Assembly (NCBI GenBank): GCA_944383495.1
Contig: CALWPT010000027.1
Span: 11,629 to 75,628, forward strand
Origin: an uncultured Clostridia bacterium
GTDB lineage: Bacteria; Bacillota; Clostridia; Oscillospirales; Acutalibacteraceae
Length of the DNA stretch: 64,000 bases
Reading direction: 5' to 3'
Position numbers and translations under genes: made by a program. The notes below the pieces were generated by a model that made no database searches, was not told the origin of the DNA, and worked only from the letters and a program-made list of their open reading frames with translations. Positions 18,525-27,797 of the stretch are shown here, piece after piece (positions within the stretch are counted from its first letter, which is position 1; each line of letters begins with the position of its first letter).

Positions 18525-20972
18525 CTATAAAATGGAATCGGGGTTCATATCAGCGAAAGCGGTAATTGTTTTAGACACGCCTGACCGCCCAAAATCTGAT
18601 AGACACACGGAAATCAATTCCCGCAGTCTGCGGTTATTTTTGCATTTCAGAATAATTCGGTAGCGGAACTTCCCGGCTATTTTAGAAACGGCAGCTGGAC
18701 CCGGGCCCAGCGCAATCAGCTTCACATCCCCATATTCTCCTGTTATTTTACGCTTAAGCATGCCGAAAAATGCCTGAGCCCCGGCTTTGACCTCGTCTTT
18801 ATCTTCCCCCACAAAGCCGATGACGCAAATATCGCAGTATGGCGGGTAAACCAGAAGCCTTCTCGCTTGAATTTCGGCGCTGTAAAACGCCTTGTAGTCC
18901 TGAGCGGCGGCCAACCGAATCACCGCATTCTGCGGTGCGATGGTCTGCACAACCGCGATACCCGCCTGCTCCCCTCTTCCCGATCGCCCCACTACCTGGG
19001 TCAAAAGAGAAAAGGTACGCTCAGAGGCACGGAAATCATCCCCAAATAAGGTGTTATCCGCGCCGATGACGCCCACCAGCGTAACGTTGGAAAAATCCAA
19101 GCCCTTGGCGACCATCTGGGTTCCCAGCAGAATATCGTATTCCCCGTTTCCAAAGGCGGACAGCAACTCCTCATGGGCATTGCGGGTCATGGTGGTATCC
19201 GCGTCCATCCGCAGGATACGCGCGCCGGGAAATAAGGCCCGCAGCTCCTCCTCAGCCTTTTGGGTCCCGGCACCGGCATATCGCAAAGCGGGCCTGCCGC
19301 ATTGTGGACACTGCTGGGTAAATTCCCGGGAATGGCCGCAATAATGGCACAGCAGTCTGTGATTTGCGGAATGATAGGTCAAAGAGATAGAGCAGTTCGG
19401 GCAGCTTTCCACATAGCCGCAGGCGGCGCAGGAAACGTATGTATTTCGTCCCCTGCGGTTCAGCAGCAGGATGGACTGCCGGCCCGCGTTCAGATTGCTT
19501 TGCAGCTCATCTGCCAGCCGCCGGCTAAGCACGCCTGTGTTCCCCGCCATTTGCTCCCCGCACATATCCACCGTGACAACCTCAGGCAGCGTGGCGTTTC
19601 CGTAACGCTTTTCCAGCGTACATAACGCATATTTCCCCATCATAGCCGCGCTGTAGCTTTCCAGCGAAGGGGTAGCGGAAGCCAGAACCAAAAGACAGCC
19701 GTGATACCGGGCGCGAAAACGGGCGACATCCCGGGCGTGAAACTTAGGAGCATTCTCTGATTTATAAGTGTGCTCCTGCTCTTCGTCCATAATGATAAGG
19801 CCCAAATCATCAAAGGGGGCAAACACAGCCGAACGGGTTCCAATGGCTATGCGGGCCTCGCCCCGCTTGACCCGTTTCCATTCATCCATCCGCTGACCAA
19901 GGGCCATGGCGCTGTGAAACACTGCGATCTTGCCGCCGTAACGCCTGTGAAAAATATCCAGCGTCTGCGGCGTCAGGGCAATTTCCGGAACCATGACAAT
20001 CACAGATCTTCCTGATTGTATGACACTGTCGATCAGTTTTAAAAAAACCTGGGTTTTTCCGCTGCCGGTCACACCGTATAAAAGGGCGGTTTGGCCCTGC
20101 TTTGCCGTTGTATAGGGCAAAAGCGATGTGTAAGCCTTTTCCTGCTCACGCGTCAGGGAGATCACTGTTTGCTCCGATTCCGCTTGCCGATCCGCATATG
20201 GATTGCGGTATACCTCCTGCTCAAAGTCCTCCAGTATTCCTTTTTTAATTAGGCCCGTAATTACACTGCCGGAAGTTCCTGTAAAGTAACACAATTCCTT
20301 CATGGAAGCAGCGCCAACCTCGGAAAGCAGGTTCATTACCGCCTCCTGCTTGGCGGTTAAACGCGCGGGGGGATCCGCATCCGGCACAGGGCGGACCATG
20401 CGAACCGACGCGTCCCCCAACCTGCGAACCGCGCTGTCAACGCGGCAAAGAAGCTTCTTTTTAACCATTTGATCCGGCAAATCACTATCTTTGTCTAAAC
20501 CCATGAGTTCCAGCAGTTTTCCTCGCTCCACTGTTGCGCGGCTGCGCAGCAGCATAGAAAGCAGCCGGGCCTCTTCTCCCTGCAGCCCCTCCGGAATTTC
20601 CTCCACCGCGGCTCTGTACGAAGCAACCAGCCGCATTCCAATGCCCGCTGGAAATAATGCGCGAAAGGCCTCGAAGTAGGTGCAAAAGGTGTGTTCCCGT
20701 AGGAAAACGCCAAGCCGAAGCATTTCTTTCGACAAAGGCGGTTCCTCATCCAAAAGAGAATGAATCGGTTTTAAACGGTCAATTTCCCCCTCATGGGCGA
20801 GCGCCAGAATCATTCCCTGACGCTTGCGGTTTCCCTTGCCAAAGGGAACCAAAACCCGACATCCAGGCAGCGCCCTTCCCCGAAGGTCAGGGGGAATAAG
20901 ATAGTCGAAAGGCTTGTCGAAATGATAAGCAGCCTGTTCGACAACGACCTTTGCAATACCGGCTGCATTCAC
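18525..20972 (-). CDS. priA: primosomal protein N' (replication restart helicase)
   Basis: Walker A GVTGSGKT, DEEQE box, and a Cys-rich zinc region CAACGYVESCPNCS...CHYCG...CPQCG. Confidence 0.9.
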   Translation of the reverse strand: MNAAGIAKVVVEQAAYHFDKPFDYLIPPDLRGRALPGCRVLVPFGKGNRKRQGMILALAHEGEIDRLKPIHSLLDEEPPLSKEMLRLGVFLREHTFCTYFEAFRALFPAGIGMRLVASYRAAVEEIPEGLQGEEARLLSMLLRSRATVERGKLLELMGLDKDSDLPDQMVKKKLLCRVDSAVRRLGDASVRMVRPVPDADPPARLTAKQEAVMNLLSEVGAASMKELCYFTGTSGSVITGLIKKGILEDFEQEVYRNPYADRQAESEQTVISLTREQEKAYTSLLPYTTAKQGQTALLYGVTGSGKTQVFLKLIDSVIQSGRSVIVMVPEIALTPQTLDIFHRRYGGKIAVFHSAMALGQRMDEWKRVKRGEARIAIGTRSAVFAPFDDLGLIIMDEEQEHTYKSENAPKFHARDVARFRARYHGCLLVLASATPSLESYSAAMMGKYALCTLEKRYGNATLPEVVTVDMCGEQMAGNTGVLSRRLADELQSNLNAGRQSILLLNRRGRNTYVSCAACGYVESCPNCSISLTYHSANHRLLCHYCGHSREFTQQCPQCGRPALRYAGAGTQKAEEELRALFPGARILRMDADTTMTRNAHEELLSAFGNGEYDILLGTQMVAKGLDFSNVTLVGVIGADNTLFGDDFRASERTFSLLTQVVGRSGRGEQAGIAVVQTIAPQNAVIRLAAAQDYKAFYSAEIQARRLLVYPPYCDICVIGFVGEDKDEVKAGAQAFFGMLKRKITGEYGDVKLIALGPGPAAVSKIAGKFRYRIILKCKNNRRLRELISVCLSDFGRSGVSKTITAFADMNPDSIL

Positions 20973-21007
20973 TCGACAAGCCTCCTCTCACCCCATCAGG
21001 AAAACGG

Positions 21008-21190
21008 TCATTCGTGGCATTTGTAGCTGCACAATAAATTAATCGCCGCATTAACCGGTTTTTCCACTAGCACGGTTTTGTTTTCCTCTGCGTTTTGAGC
21101 GATCGTCCGTGCTGTCTTGGCGACGTCCAGAACCAACTGGTACCGGCTGCCGTACACACGGATCAATTTACCAATTGCGGGATTCAGCAT
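21008..21190 (-). CDS. rpoZ: DNA-directed RNA polymerase subunit omega
   Basis: 60-aa ORF ([30 protein letters not shown]..) between gmk and priA, which is the conserved position. Confidence 0.7.
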   Translation of the reverse strand: MLNPAIGKLIRVYGSRYQLVLDVAKTARTIAQNAEENKTVLVEKPVNAAINLLCSYKCHE

Positions 21191-21794
21191 CTTTTTGCAC
21201 CTCTTTCATAAATTCGCCCATTTCTTGATTGGTACATTTATGAGCGCGTAGAATTGCCAATATATCACCGACGGCTGTTTCCAATTCGTCGTTGACCACC
21301 AGATAATCATAAACGCCCGCCTGGGATATTTCCCGTGCCGCTTCTGCCAAGCGCCTTTTCACTACCTCGGCGGTTTCTGTTCCCCGCCCACTCAGACGCT
21401 CGCGTAAAACCGCCATGGAAGGGGGCAAAATAAAAATAGAAGGGGTTTGGGGAAGCAAGCTCCGCACCTTCTGCGCCCCGTTTACGTCAATTTCCAATAA
21501 AACGTCATATCCATCGGCCAGCCAATTCTCAATAGGCTTTTTGGGGGTGCCATAGTAATTGCCCAGGTATTCATTATACTCCAAAAAAGCGTTTTGCGCC
21601 AGCAAGCGCTCAAATTCCCCCCGGGAAATAAAATGATATTTTTCCCCTTCCCGTTCCCCCTCACGCATAGCGCGTGTAATAGTGGAAATGGAAAGCTTTA
21701 CCCGCGGATCTGCTGTCAGCACTTCCTTTAAAATCGTATCCTTTCCGCAGCCGGAAGGGCCCGATAGAATGAACAGACGCCCCTTTTTAAGCAT
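21168..21794 (-). CDS. gmk: guanylate kinase
   Basis: P-loop [19 protein letters not shown] and YHF. I chose the start at [10 protein letters not shown] (21794). Confidence 0.9.
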   Translation of the reverse strand: MLKKGRLFILSGPSGCGKDTILKEVLTADPRVKLSISTITRAMREGEREGEKYHFISRGEFERLLAQNAFLEYNEYLGNYYGTPKKPIENWLADGYDVLLEIDVNGAQKVRSLLPQTPSIFILPPSMAVLRERLSGRGTETAEVVKRRLAEAAREISQAGVYDYLVVNDELETAVGDILAILRAHKCTNQEMGEFMKEVQKDAESRNW

Positions 21795-22059
21795 CCTCTT
21801 CCAGCTCCTCGTCATCCATTTCATCATAATCGTTTACTCGGGCTGCCACCGTCTCCGACTGGAGATAAGTGAGGATAATATGCCCCGAATCCGTAAAAAT
21901 CACCGCTCGGGTACGGCGGCCGTGCGTCGCGTCAATCAGGCTCCCCTGCTCTTTGGCCTCCTGAATCAACCGTTTGATAGGAGCGGACTCCGGGCTGACG
22001 ATCGTAATGATCCGGGCGGAATTAACCATGTTGCCAAACCCGATATTTACCAGCTTCAT
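21787..22059 (-). CDS. remA: RemA/DUF370 family regulator
   Basis: [53 protein letters not shown] closely parallels B. subtilis RemA. Confidence 0.85.
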   Translation of the reverse strand: MKLVNIGFGNMVNSARIITIVSPESAPIKRLIQEAKEQGSLIDATHGRRTRAVIFTDSGHIILTYLQSETVAARVNDYDEMDDEELEEDA

Positions 22060-22086
22060 AAAAAGGTTCCAGCCTTTCCAGTGATA

Positions 22087-22968
22087 TTATTCAATATTTT
22101 GCACTTGTTCCCGAATTTTTTCAATTTCCGATTTCATATCCAGCACCGCCCGGGTAATTTCAACATCCTGGGCCTTGGAGCCAATGGTATTGGTTTCCCG
22201 GTTGCATTCCTGTACAAGAAAGTCCAGCTTTCGGCCTACCGGCTCGGGCGCGTCCAGCAGTTCCCGCATTTGGGACAGGTGGCTGCGCAGTCGCACCGTT
22301 TCCTCCGCCACGGCGATCTTATCAGCAAAAACCGCCGTCTCCGTCAACAGCCGCTGCTCGTCCGCCTCCGCGCTGTCCAGCAGCTCCCGCACCCGTTCCT
22401 CCAGCCGTTCCCGATAAGCCTGCACGGTTTTCGGCGACTGGGACTCCACAAACGCGACCTTGGCCTCCAACACGCCGCACCGGTTCAAAATATCCGCCTT
22501 CATGCGGGCCCCCTCTGTTTCCCGCATGTGAATAAATTGCTCCAACGCCGCAGTCGCTGCCCGGCCGACCTGCTCCCATAGCGCTTCCTCATCCTCCGGC
22601 TCCTTGGATATCGTCAATACATCCGGATATCTGGCTACCTGTTCCGCTGTCACGGTATGAGGCAGCCCGTATTGCTCGCCGATTTCCCGCAGGGCGCTGA
22701 TATACCCTTTTGCCACCGTATGATTTACAGTTATAACCGTTCCAGGCATATTCAGTTGGTTGACCGTTAAAAACAGATCAATCTTTCCCCGGAAAACACG
22801 AGATTGAACTAAGCCTTTCAGCTTGTCCTCCAGAAACGAATACTGCCTGGGGACACGGGCAGAAAATTCGAAAAAGCGATGGTTAACCGACCGGATCTCG
22901 CAGGTCAGCTCCATAGATCCCTCCACAGACGCTTGAGCCCGGCCATATCCCGTCATGCTTTTCAGCAT
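22087..22968 (-). CDS. yicC: YicC/YloC family protein
   Basis: N-terminal MLKSMTGYGRA. C-terminal DVEITRAVLDMKSEIEKIREQVQNIE is typical of the family. Confidence 0.85.
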   Translation of the reverse strand: MLKSMTGYGRAQASVEGSMELTCEIRSVNHRFFEFSARVPRQYSFLEDKLKGLVQSRVFRGKIDLFLTVNQLNMPGTVITVNHTVAKGYISALREIGEQYGLPHTVTAEQVARYPDVLTISKEPEDEEALWEQVGRAATAALEQFIHMRETEGARMKADILNRCGVLEAKVAFVESQSPKTVQAYRERLEERVRELLDSAEADEQRLLTETAVFADKIAVAEETVRLRSHLSQMRELLDAPEPVGRKLDFLVQECNRETNTIGSKAQDVEITRAVLDMKSEIEKIREQVQNIE

Positions 22969-23016
22969 GGAAACACACATCCTTTAACAACGCACAATCA
23001 TTTGTTTTAGATAATT

Positions 23017-23046
23017 ATTGTAACAAACTATATGATTGTCTGTCAA
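23017..23046 (-). promoter_or_regulatory. sigma-A-type promoter of the yicC-...-thiN block
   Basis: On the minus strand: TTGACA (23046-23041), 18-nt spacer, TACAAT (23022-23017). Confidence 0.55.
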
Positions 23047-23338
23047 GCAAATGGTAGTATTTACCTTATGTTTTTTTCATAAATTTCTTATTTAGTGATA
23101 AACTAAGTTTGGCAGGAAAAAGCGAAACAAATTCAGCGTTTGCAAGCTTTATCGTGCCCGCTGTTTTTTGTACCCTCGGGCACGGAAAGCAGCGTTTTTT
23201 TTACAGCTGCCTGGCTATGAACATATTATCTATACGAATCATTATCCAGCCGCGCGTCCGAGTCCTTGGCATGAATCAAAATATGCCCAGTCTATCACAG
23301 CGCGATTGCGGGCTCTCCTGCCCCAGAGCGGCAACCTG

Positions 23339-23388
23339 CCTTCCGGGGATCAAACAGCAAAGCTGTTTGATCCCCGGAAGGCTTTTTT
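23339..23388 (+). terminator. orphan rho-independent terminator (perfect 20-bp stem)
   Basis: CCTTCCGGGGATCAAACAGC-AAA-GCTGTTTGATCCCCGGAAGG (23339-23381), followed by C and TTTTTT. No credible CDS ends here. Confidence 0.7.
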
Positions 23389-23526
23389 CCGCGCCATACC
23401 AACAGCCAAATATAAACTGCGGTCGGGTGAGCATGCAAGGATAGGCTCCCCATGGCCCGCCTAGTCCTTGCAGCTGTCAATACAGTACTGATACCAATAA
23501 GGCATAATACATTTCATAAAATTGTG

Positions 23527-23554
23527 TTGCAAAATACAAAATAAATGGTATAAT
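23527..23554 (+). promoter_or_regulatory. promoter of the ABC-2 transporter operon
   Basis: TTGCAA (23527-23532), 16-nt spacer, extended -10 TGgTATAAT (23546-23554). GGAAGGAG RBS precedes ATG 23586. Confidence 0.55.
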
Positions 23555-23585
23555 ATAAGCAGTTTTTCTGGAAGGAGCAAACGCG

Positions 23586-24377
23586 ATGAGGCCATATCTT
23601 TATATTGCCAAGGTGCGGATGCTCTCCGCTTTGGCATACCGGTTCGATGTTTTATCGTCAATCGTTATCCAGTGCCTGGCTGTGATCGCCTCCTGTTTTT
23701 TCTGGATTGCGGCCTATGGGAACCAGCAGGCGGCCTTAGGCGTCACCCGGGATCAAATGTTGACCTATACCGTCATGTCCAGCACATTGGCCTGCCTGCT
23801 TACCATGAATGTGGAAAACCGAATTGCAGCCAGCGTCCAGAAAGGATCCGTCGCACTGGATCTTCTAAAGCCTGTGAATATATTTGGTATTTATCTGTGG
23901 GAGGATATTGGCAGCGTTGCCATTGCCTTTCTTCAAAACGCCGTTCCGCTGCTGTTGATCGGAGCTTTATTTATTGTTGCTCCTGTTCCCGCGTCGGCGG
24001 CTCACTTTCTGCTGTTTATTCTCAGCGCGGCGTTTAGTTATATGATTAATTGGCTAATCGCGGCCTTGTTTGGGATGTGGTCCTTTCGTATCGTCAGGAT
24101 CTTTCCCCTCTTATGTATGAAGGGACATATGATTCGCCTTTTATCTGGGAGTGTCATTCCGCTGTGGTTTTTTCCGCAATGGCTGCAAACGGTTCTCAGT
24201 TTCCTGCCCTTTCGGTATATTTATCAGTTGCCTCTCAGTGTTTATATTGGCATTTTATCCCCCCGCGAAACCGCGGCGCAGATGGGGATCCAGTTTATTT
24301 GGATTCTGCTTTTGGGATGCTTGTTTTTTGAAATTAAAAAAGGCGTTACCCGACATCTATTGGTGCAGGGAGGTTGA
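23586..24377 (+). CDS. ABC-2 type transporter permease (uncharacterised-transport family)
   Basis: 263-aa polytopic membrane protein with about six helices. It is the first gene of a three-gene operon that ends in an ABC ATPase. Confidence 0.7.
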   Translation: MRPYLYIAKVRMLSALAYRFDVLSSIVIQCLAVIASCFFWIAAYGNQQAALGVTRDQMLTYTVMSSTLACLLTMNVENRIAASVQKGSVALDLLKPVNIFGIYLWEDIGSVAIAFLQNAVPLLLIGALFIVAPVPASAAHFLLFILSAAFSYMINWLIAALFGMWSFRIVRIFPLLCMKGHMIRLLSGSVIPLWFFPQWLQTVLSFLPFRYIYQLPLSVYIGILSPRETAAQMGIQFIWILLLGCLFFEIKKGVTRHLLVQGG

Positions 24378-24383
24378 CTGCCA

Positions 24384-25199
24384 ATGCTAAAAACCATTCG
24401 CTATTATGCGGGCATGGGAATTTATTATATAAAGCTTTCCCTTTTAGGGTGGATGGAATATCCAATGAATCTAGCGGCATGGCTGGGAACCAATCTGCTT
24501 CAGTTTTTAGTGGGATTTGCCACCATCAAATTTGTCGTGCAGGAATTCGGCGCACTGAACGGATGGACGTATTCTCAAATTGCTTTTTTATATGGTCTTG
24601 CCATGCTCTCCCACGCCTTTTCCATTATCCTGTTTATCCAGACCTGGCATATTGGGGGCATTATGCTGGCAGGCGAGCTTGACCGCTTTCTGCTTCGCCC
24701 CATGAACGTTTTATTTCAATTTTTATTTATGGATTTTAACCTGATTGGATTGACGGATCTGCTGCCGGGCGTAATTATCTTTATCTACGGCTGCATGCAG
24801 GTGCGTTTTTCCTGGACGCTGTACAGTACCCTGGCAATCATGGCCGTGCTATTTGGCGCGACGTTGATCCGGGGAGCATTGTTCATGGCAACTGGATCCA
24901 TTGCGTTTTGGACGAAAAGCAACAGTGACTTCTCAGGGATAAATCTTAATATTATGGATCGCACCACCATGTATCCATTGACCATGTATCCCCGGATCAT
25001 ACAAATGATTTTTACTTTTGTTCTGCCCTTTGGATTCATCAGCTTTTTTCCGGCAAGCGCTTTTTTAGGAATGGACAACGGCTTTTCGTTCCCTTCCTGG
25101 ATTATTTGGTTCACGCCGGTGGTTGGAATTGCCGTTTTCACGCTGTCGTGCCTGTTGTTCTGTGCTGGACTGCGTAAATACGACAGCGCAGGGTCTTAA
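24384..25199 (+). CDS. ABC-2 type transporter permease, second subunit
   Basis: 271-aa polytopic membrane protein with the same architecture as the preceding gene. It starts 6 nt after that gene. Confidence 0.7.
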   Translation: MLKTIRYYAGMGIYYIKLSLLGWMEYPMNLAAWLGTNLLQFLVGFATIKFVVQEFGALNGWTYSQIAFLYGLAMLSHAFSIILFIQTWHIGGIMLAGELDRFLLRPMNVLFQFLFMDFNLIGLTDLLPGVIIFIYGCMQVRFSWTLYSTLAIMAVLFGATLIRGALFMATGSIAFWTKSNSDFSGINLNIMDRTTMYPLTMYPRIIQMIFTFVLPFGFISFFPASAFLGMDNGFSFPSWIIWFTPVVGIAVFTLSCLLFCAGLRKYDSAGS

Positions 25200-25220
25200 C
25201 CCACAGAAAGGAGAACGACA

Positions 25221-26216
25221 ATGCCGTTGATCAAGGTAAATGATTTAGTAAAGGAATACACTGTCATTAAAAAAGGCAAAGGCCTGAAGGGCGCCTTAAA
25301 AAGCCTGTTACATAAAGAAAAAGAGATTCTTCGGGCAGTAAATCACATCAGCTTTTCGATTCAGCATGGGGAAATTGTCGGTTACATCGGGCCCAATGGC
25401 GCAGGCAAAAGCACTACTGTTAAAATGCTCTCTGGGATTCTTTCTCCCACCTCGGGAGAGATTCTCATTGACGGACTATCTCCGCAAAAGGATCGAAAAC
25501 GGGTTGTGCAGAATCTGGGCGTGGTATTTGGACAGCGTTCCCAGCTCAATTGGGATCTGCGGCTGGGAGAAAGCTTCGAGCTATTAAAACGGATTTATCG
25601 TATTGATGACAGGCAGTATCAAGAGAATCTTGCCATGATGGACGCCATTCTAGAAATCCATAAATTTATTCACACGCCTGTTCGCCAGCTGTCGCTGGGG
25701 CAGCGGATGCGGGGCGACCTGGCCGCCGCGATGCTGCATTCTCCTCAGGTTTTGTTTCTGGACGAGCCGACCATTGGCCTCGACGTGGATGGAAAACAAG
25801 CGATTCGAAAATTCGTCAAGGAAATAAACCGTCTGAAACAAACCACTGTGATCCTCACGACCCATGATCTGGGCGATATACAGGAGCTGTGCAGCCGTTT
25901 GATTATCATCAGTGAAGGAACCATTGTTGAGGACGGGTCCCTCAGCGATTTAATAGACCGGATTGCGCCGTACCGCATTCTCCATGTGGAACTGTACGAG
26001 GAAGCAGAGCTTCCGATCCATCCGCTGGCAGAAAAAATTAGACAGGATGGCACCGCAGCTGTATACCGATTTGATAAAAAGAAGGTCACGGCCGCGCAGC
26101 TGATTGAAGATTTATCCTGCTTTTGTAAAATGAAAGATTTCCGTCTGGAGGAAGCCAGAATTGAAGATATTATTCGGGCGGCGTACCACAAAAAGGAAAA
26201 ATTGGAAGGCGTTTAG
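25221..26216 (+). CDS. ABC transporter ATP-binding protein
   Basis: Walker A GPNGAGKST, signature LSLGQRMR, Walker B LFLDEPTIGLD, and H-loop TTHD. Confidence 0.85.
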   Translation: MPLIKVNDLVKEYTVIKKGKGLKGALKSLLHKEKEILRAVNHISFSIQHGEIVGYIGPNGAGKSTTVKMLSGILSPTSGEILIDGLSPQKDRKRVVQNLGVVFGQRSQLNWDLRLGESFELLKRIYRIDDRQYQENLAMMDAILEIHKFIHTPVRQLSLGQRMRGDLAAAMLHSPQVLFLDEPTIGLDVDGKQAIRKFVKEINRLKQTTVILTTHDLGDIQELCSRLIIISEGTIVEDGSLSDLIDRIAPYRILHVELYEEAELPIHPLAEKIRQDGTAAVYRFDKKKVTAAQLIEDLSCFCKMKDFRLEEARIEDIIRAAYHKKEKLEGV

Positions 26217-26479
26217 CCGCTGATACGGGCTCTGCCGGCGATACCGATGGAGCCTTTGCATGAACGCCTATGTCATTTTATTGGAAAAGACTGGTTTTTT
26301 ATAAGTCGTCATGGTATAATATAATAAATGGAAAGTCTATTTATGATCCTGCTGATGCAACCGGCGGTTTGGCGATTGAAAGATTGGCAAAATAAATGCT
26401 CGTTAACAAAGCGATCTCTTTTATAGAAAAATGGCGTCTTGACTACGTCTTGAAAAAACTGCTGGCAACAAAATAAAGG

Positions 26480-27697
26480 ATGAATCGTATGGAGTTAAAT
26501 AAAAGCAATGTAAAAAAAATTATTGGTATCGTTATCATTGCAATTTTGGCGTTTCTTGGAATTCAAAATTTCACTTCAGTCCTTAAAGGAGCGGCATTTG
26601 TACTTAAGCTTTTTTCTCCGCTCCTAATCGGTTTTTGTCTGGCGTTTATTATGAACGTGCCTCTCAAGCTGTTTGAAGAAAAAGTCTTTTCCTTTCTCAA
26701 TAAACGCAATTTTAAGACCTGGAACAAGCTTCGCCGTCCCCTTTGCCTCATTTTAACCTTCGGCGTTTTTATTGGCGCAATCTGCGTTTTGTTGTTTCTG
26801 CTGATTCCCGAGTTGCAGCGTACGGTTGCTATGTTTATTGAAAATCTTCCGGCTTATTTAGATAATTTACAAAGCTTTGCCGATGATGTGGTCGCCTTTT
26901 TTACCGGATCCAGCCAATCCTTGGATGGCGTTCATATCGACTGGGATAGGTTAAATCAGTCGGTCATGAATTTTCTTAACCGATATTCCTCTTCTATGCT
27001 TGACACAACCTTTCAAATTACCACCTCCATTTTCAGCGGTGTTTTCAATTTTATCGTGGGCCTATTTTTTTCCGTTTACATGCTGTTACAAAAGGAAAAG
27101 CTGAGCCGCCAGTTCCAGCGGGCTTTGTACGCCTTTTTCCCCAAGCCCAAAGCCGACCGTGTTCTTTCCGTGGGCCAACTGTCCGGCAAGACCTTTTCCC
27201 GTTTTGTTACCGGCCAGTTTACCGAGGCCGTTATTACAGGCAGCTTGTGTTTTATTGGCATGAAAATTATGAATCTCCCCTATGCCTCCGCCATTAGCAT
27301 GTTGGTTTGCGTCACGGCGCTTATTCCTATCTTTGGCGCGTTTATCGGCGTTTTCGTTGGCGCGTTTTTAATCTTAATGGTTCATCCATTGCAGGCTCTA
27401 TGGTTTATTATTTTCTTTATTGTACTTCAGCAGGTCGAAGGAAACCTAATCTATCCGAAGGTAGTAGGCGTTTCGGTGGGCCTGCCCAGCATTTGGGTTC
27501 TATTGGCGGTTACGGTAGGCGGAGGGTTGTTTGGTATTCTGGGCATGCTGGTAAGCGTACCCCTTTGTTCCGTGGTCTACTGCCTGCTGCGGGAAACAAT
27601 CGGACGCCGGCTTAAGGAAAAGGGCTTGAAAATTCCAGTTCAGGATGAGCAGGAGTCCATTTGTCGTGAGCCGCAGCGCACCGGGAGGGAAAAATAG
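26480..27697 (+). CDS. AI-2E family transporter (UPF0118/PerM-like)
   Basis: 405-aa protein with about eight helices, plus the family-typical QQVEGNLIYPKVVG segment. Confidence 0.8.
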   Translation: MNRMELNKSNVKKIIGIVIIAILAFLGIQNFTSVLKGAAFVLKLFSPLLIGFCLAFIMNVPLKLFEEKVFSFLNKRNFKTWNKLRRPLCLILTFGVFIGAICVLLFLLIPELQRTVAMFIENLPAYLDNLQSFADDVVAFFTGSSQSLDGVHIDWDRLNQSVMNFLNRYSSSMLDTTFQITTSIFSGVFNFIVGLFFSVYMLLQKEKLSRQFQRALYAFFPKPKADRVLSVGQLSGKTFSRFVTGQFTEAVITGSLCFIGMKIMNLPYASAISMLVCVTALIPIFGAFIGVFVGAFLILMVHPLQALWFIIFFIVLQQVEGNLIYPKVVGVSVGLPSIWVLLAVTVGGGLFGILGMLVSVPLCSVVYCLLRETIGRRLKEKGLKIPVQDEQESICREPQRTGREK

Positions 27698-27797
27698 CGT
27701 TGGCTGTAAAATAATAAGCCTGGTTTGTTTGGTTTCAAAAGCTTTAATATGGATTTTATATGGGAAAGGTTGTTATGCATTGCTGTTTCAAAAGCGT

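Noticed and set aside
21682-22581. 299-aa plus-strand ORF antisense to gmk, remA and yicC
   Set aside because: It is Arg/Pro/Leu/His-rich with no motifs. It is fully overlapped by three well-supported minus-strand genes. This is a typical shadow ORF of GC-rich coding sequence.
23240-23470. Possible guanidine (ykkC) or ZTP riboswitch upstream of the ABC-2 operon, based on fragments GTCCGAG and CCGCCTAG
   Set aside because: Only short partial matches to the remembered consensus cores are present. The ABC-2 promoter lies downstream of these fragments, so they would not be in its leader. This needs a covariance-model scan and cannot be called by eye.
23109-23480. Three overlapping ORFs (111, 98 and 61 aa) in the yicC/ABC-2 intergenic gap
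   Set aside because: They have TTG or unsupported starts and no RBS. They run through a perfect 20-bp hairpin plus T-run, which is far more likely a transcript end than coding sequence.
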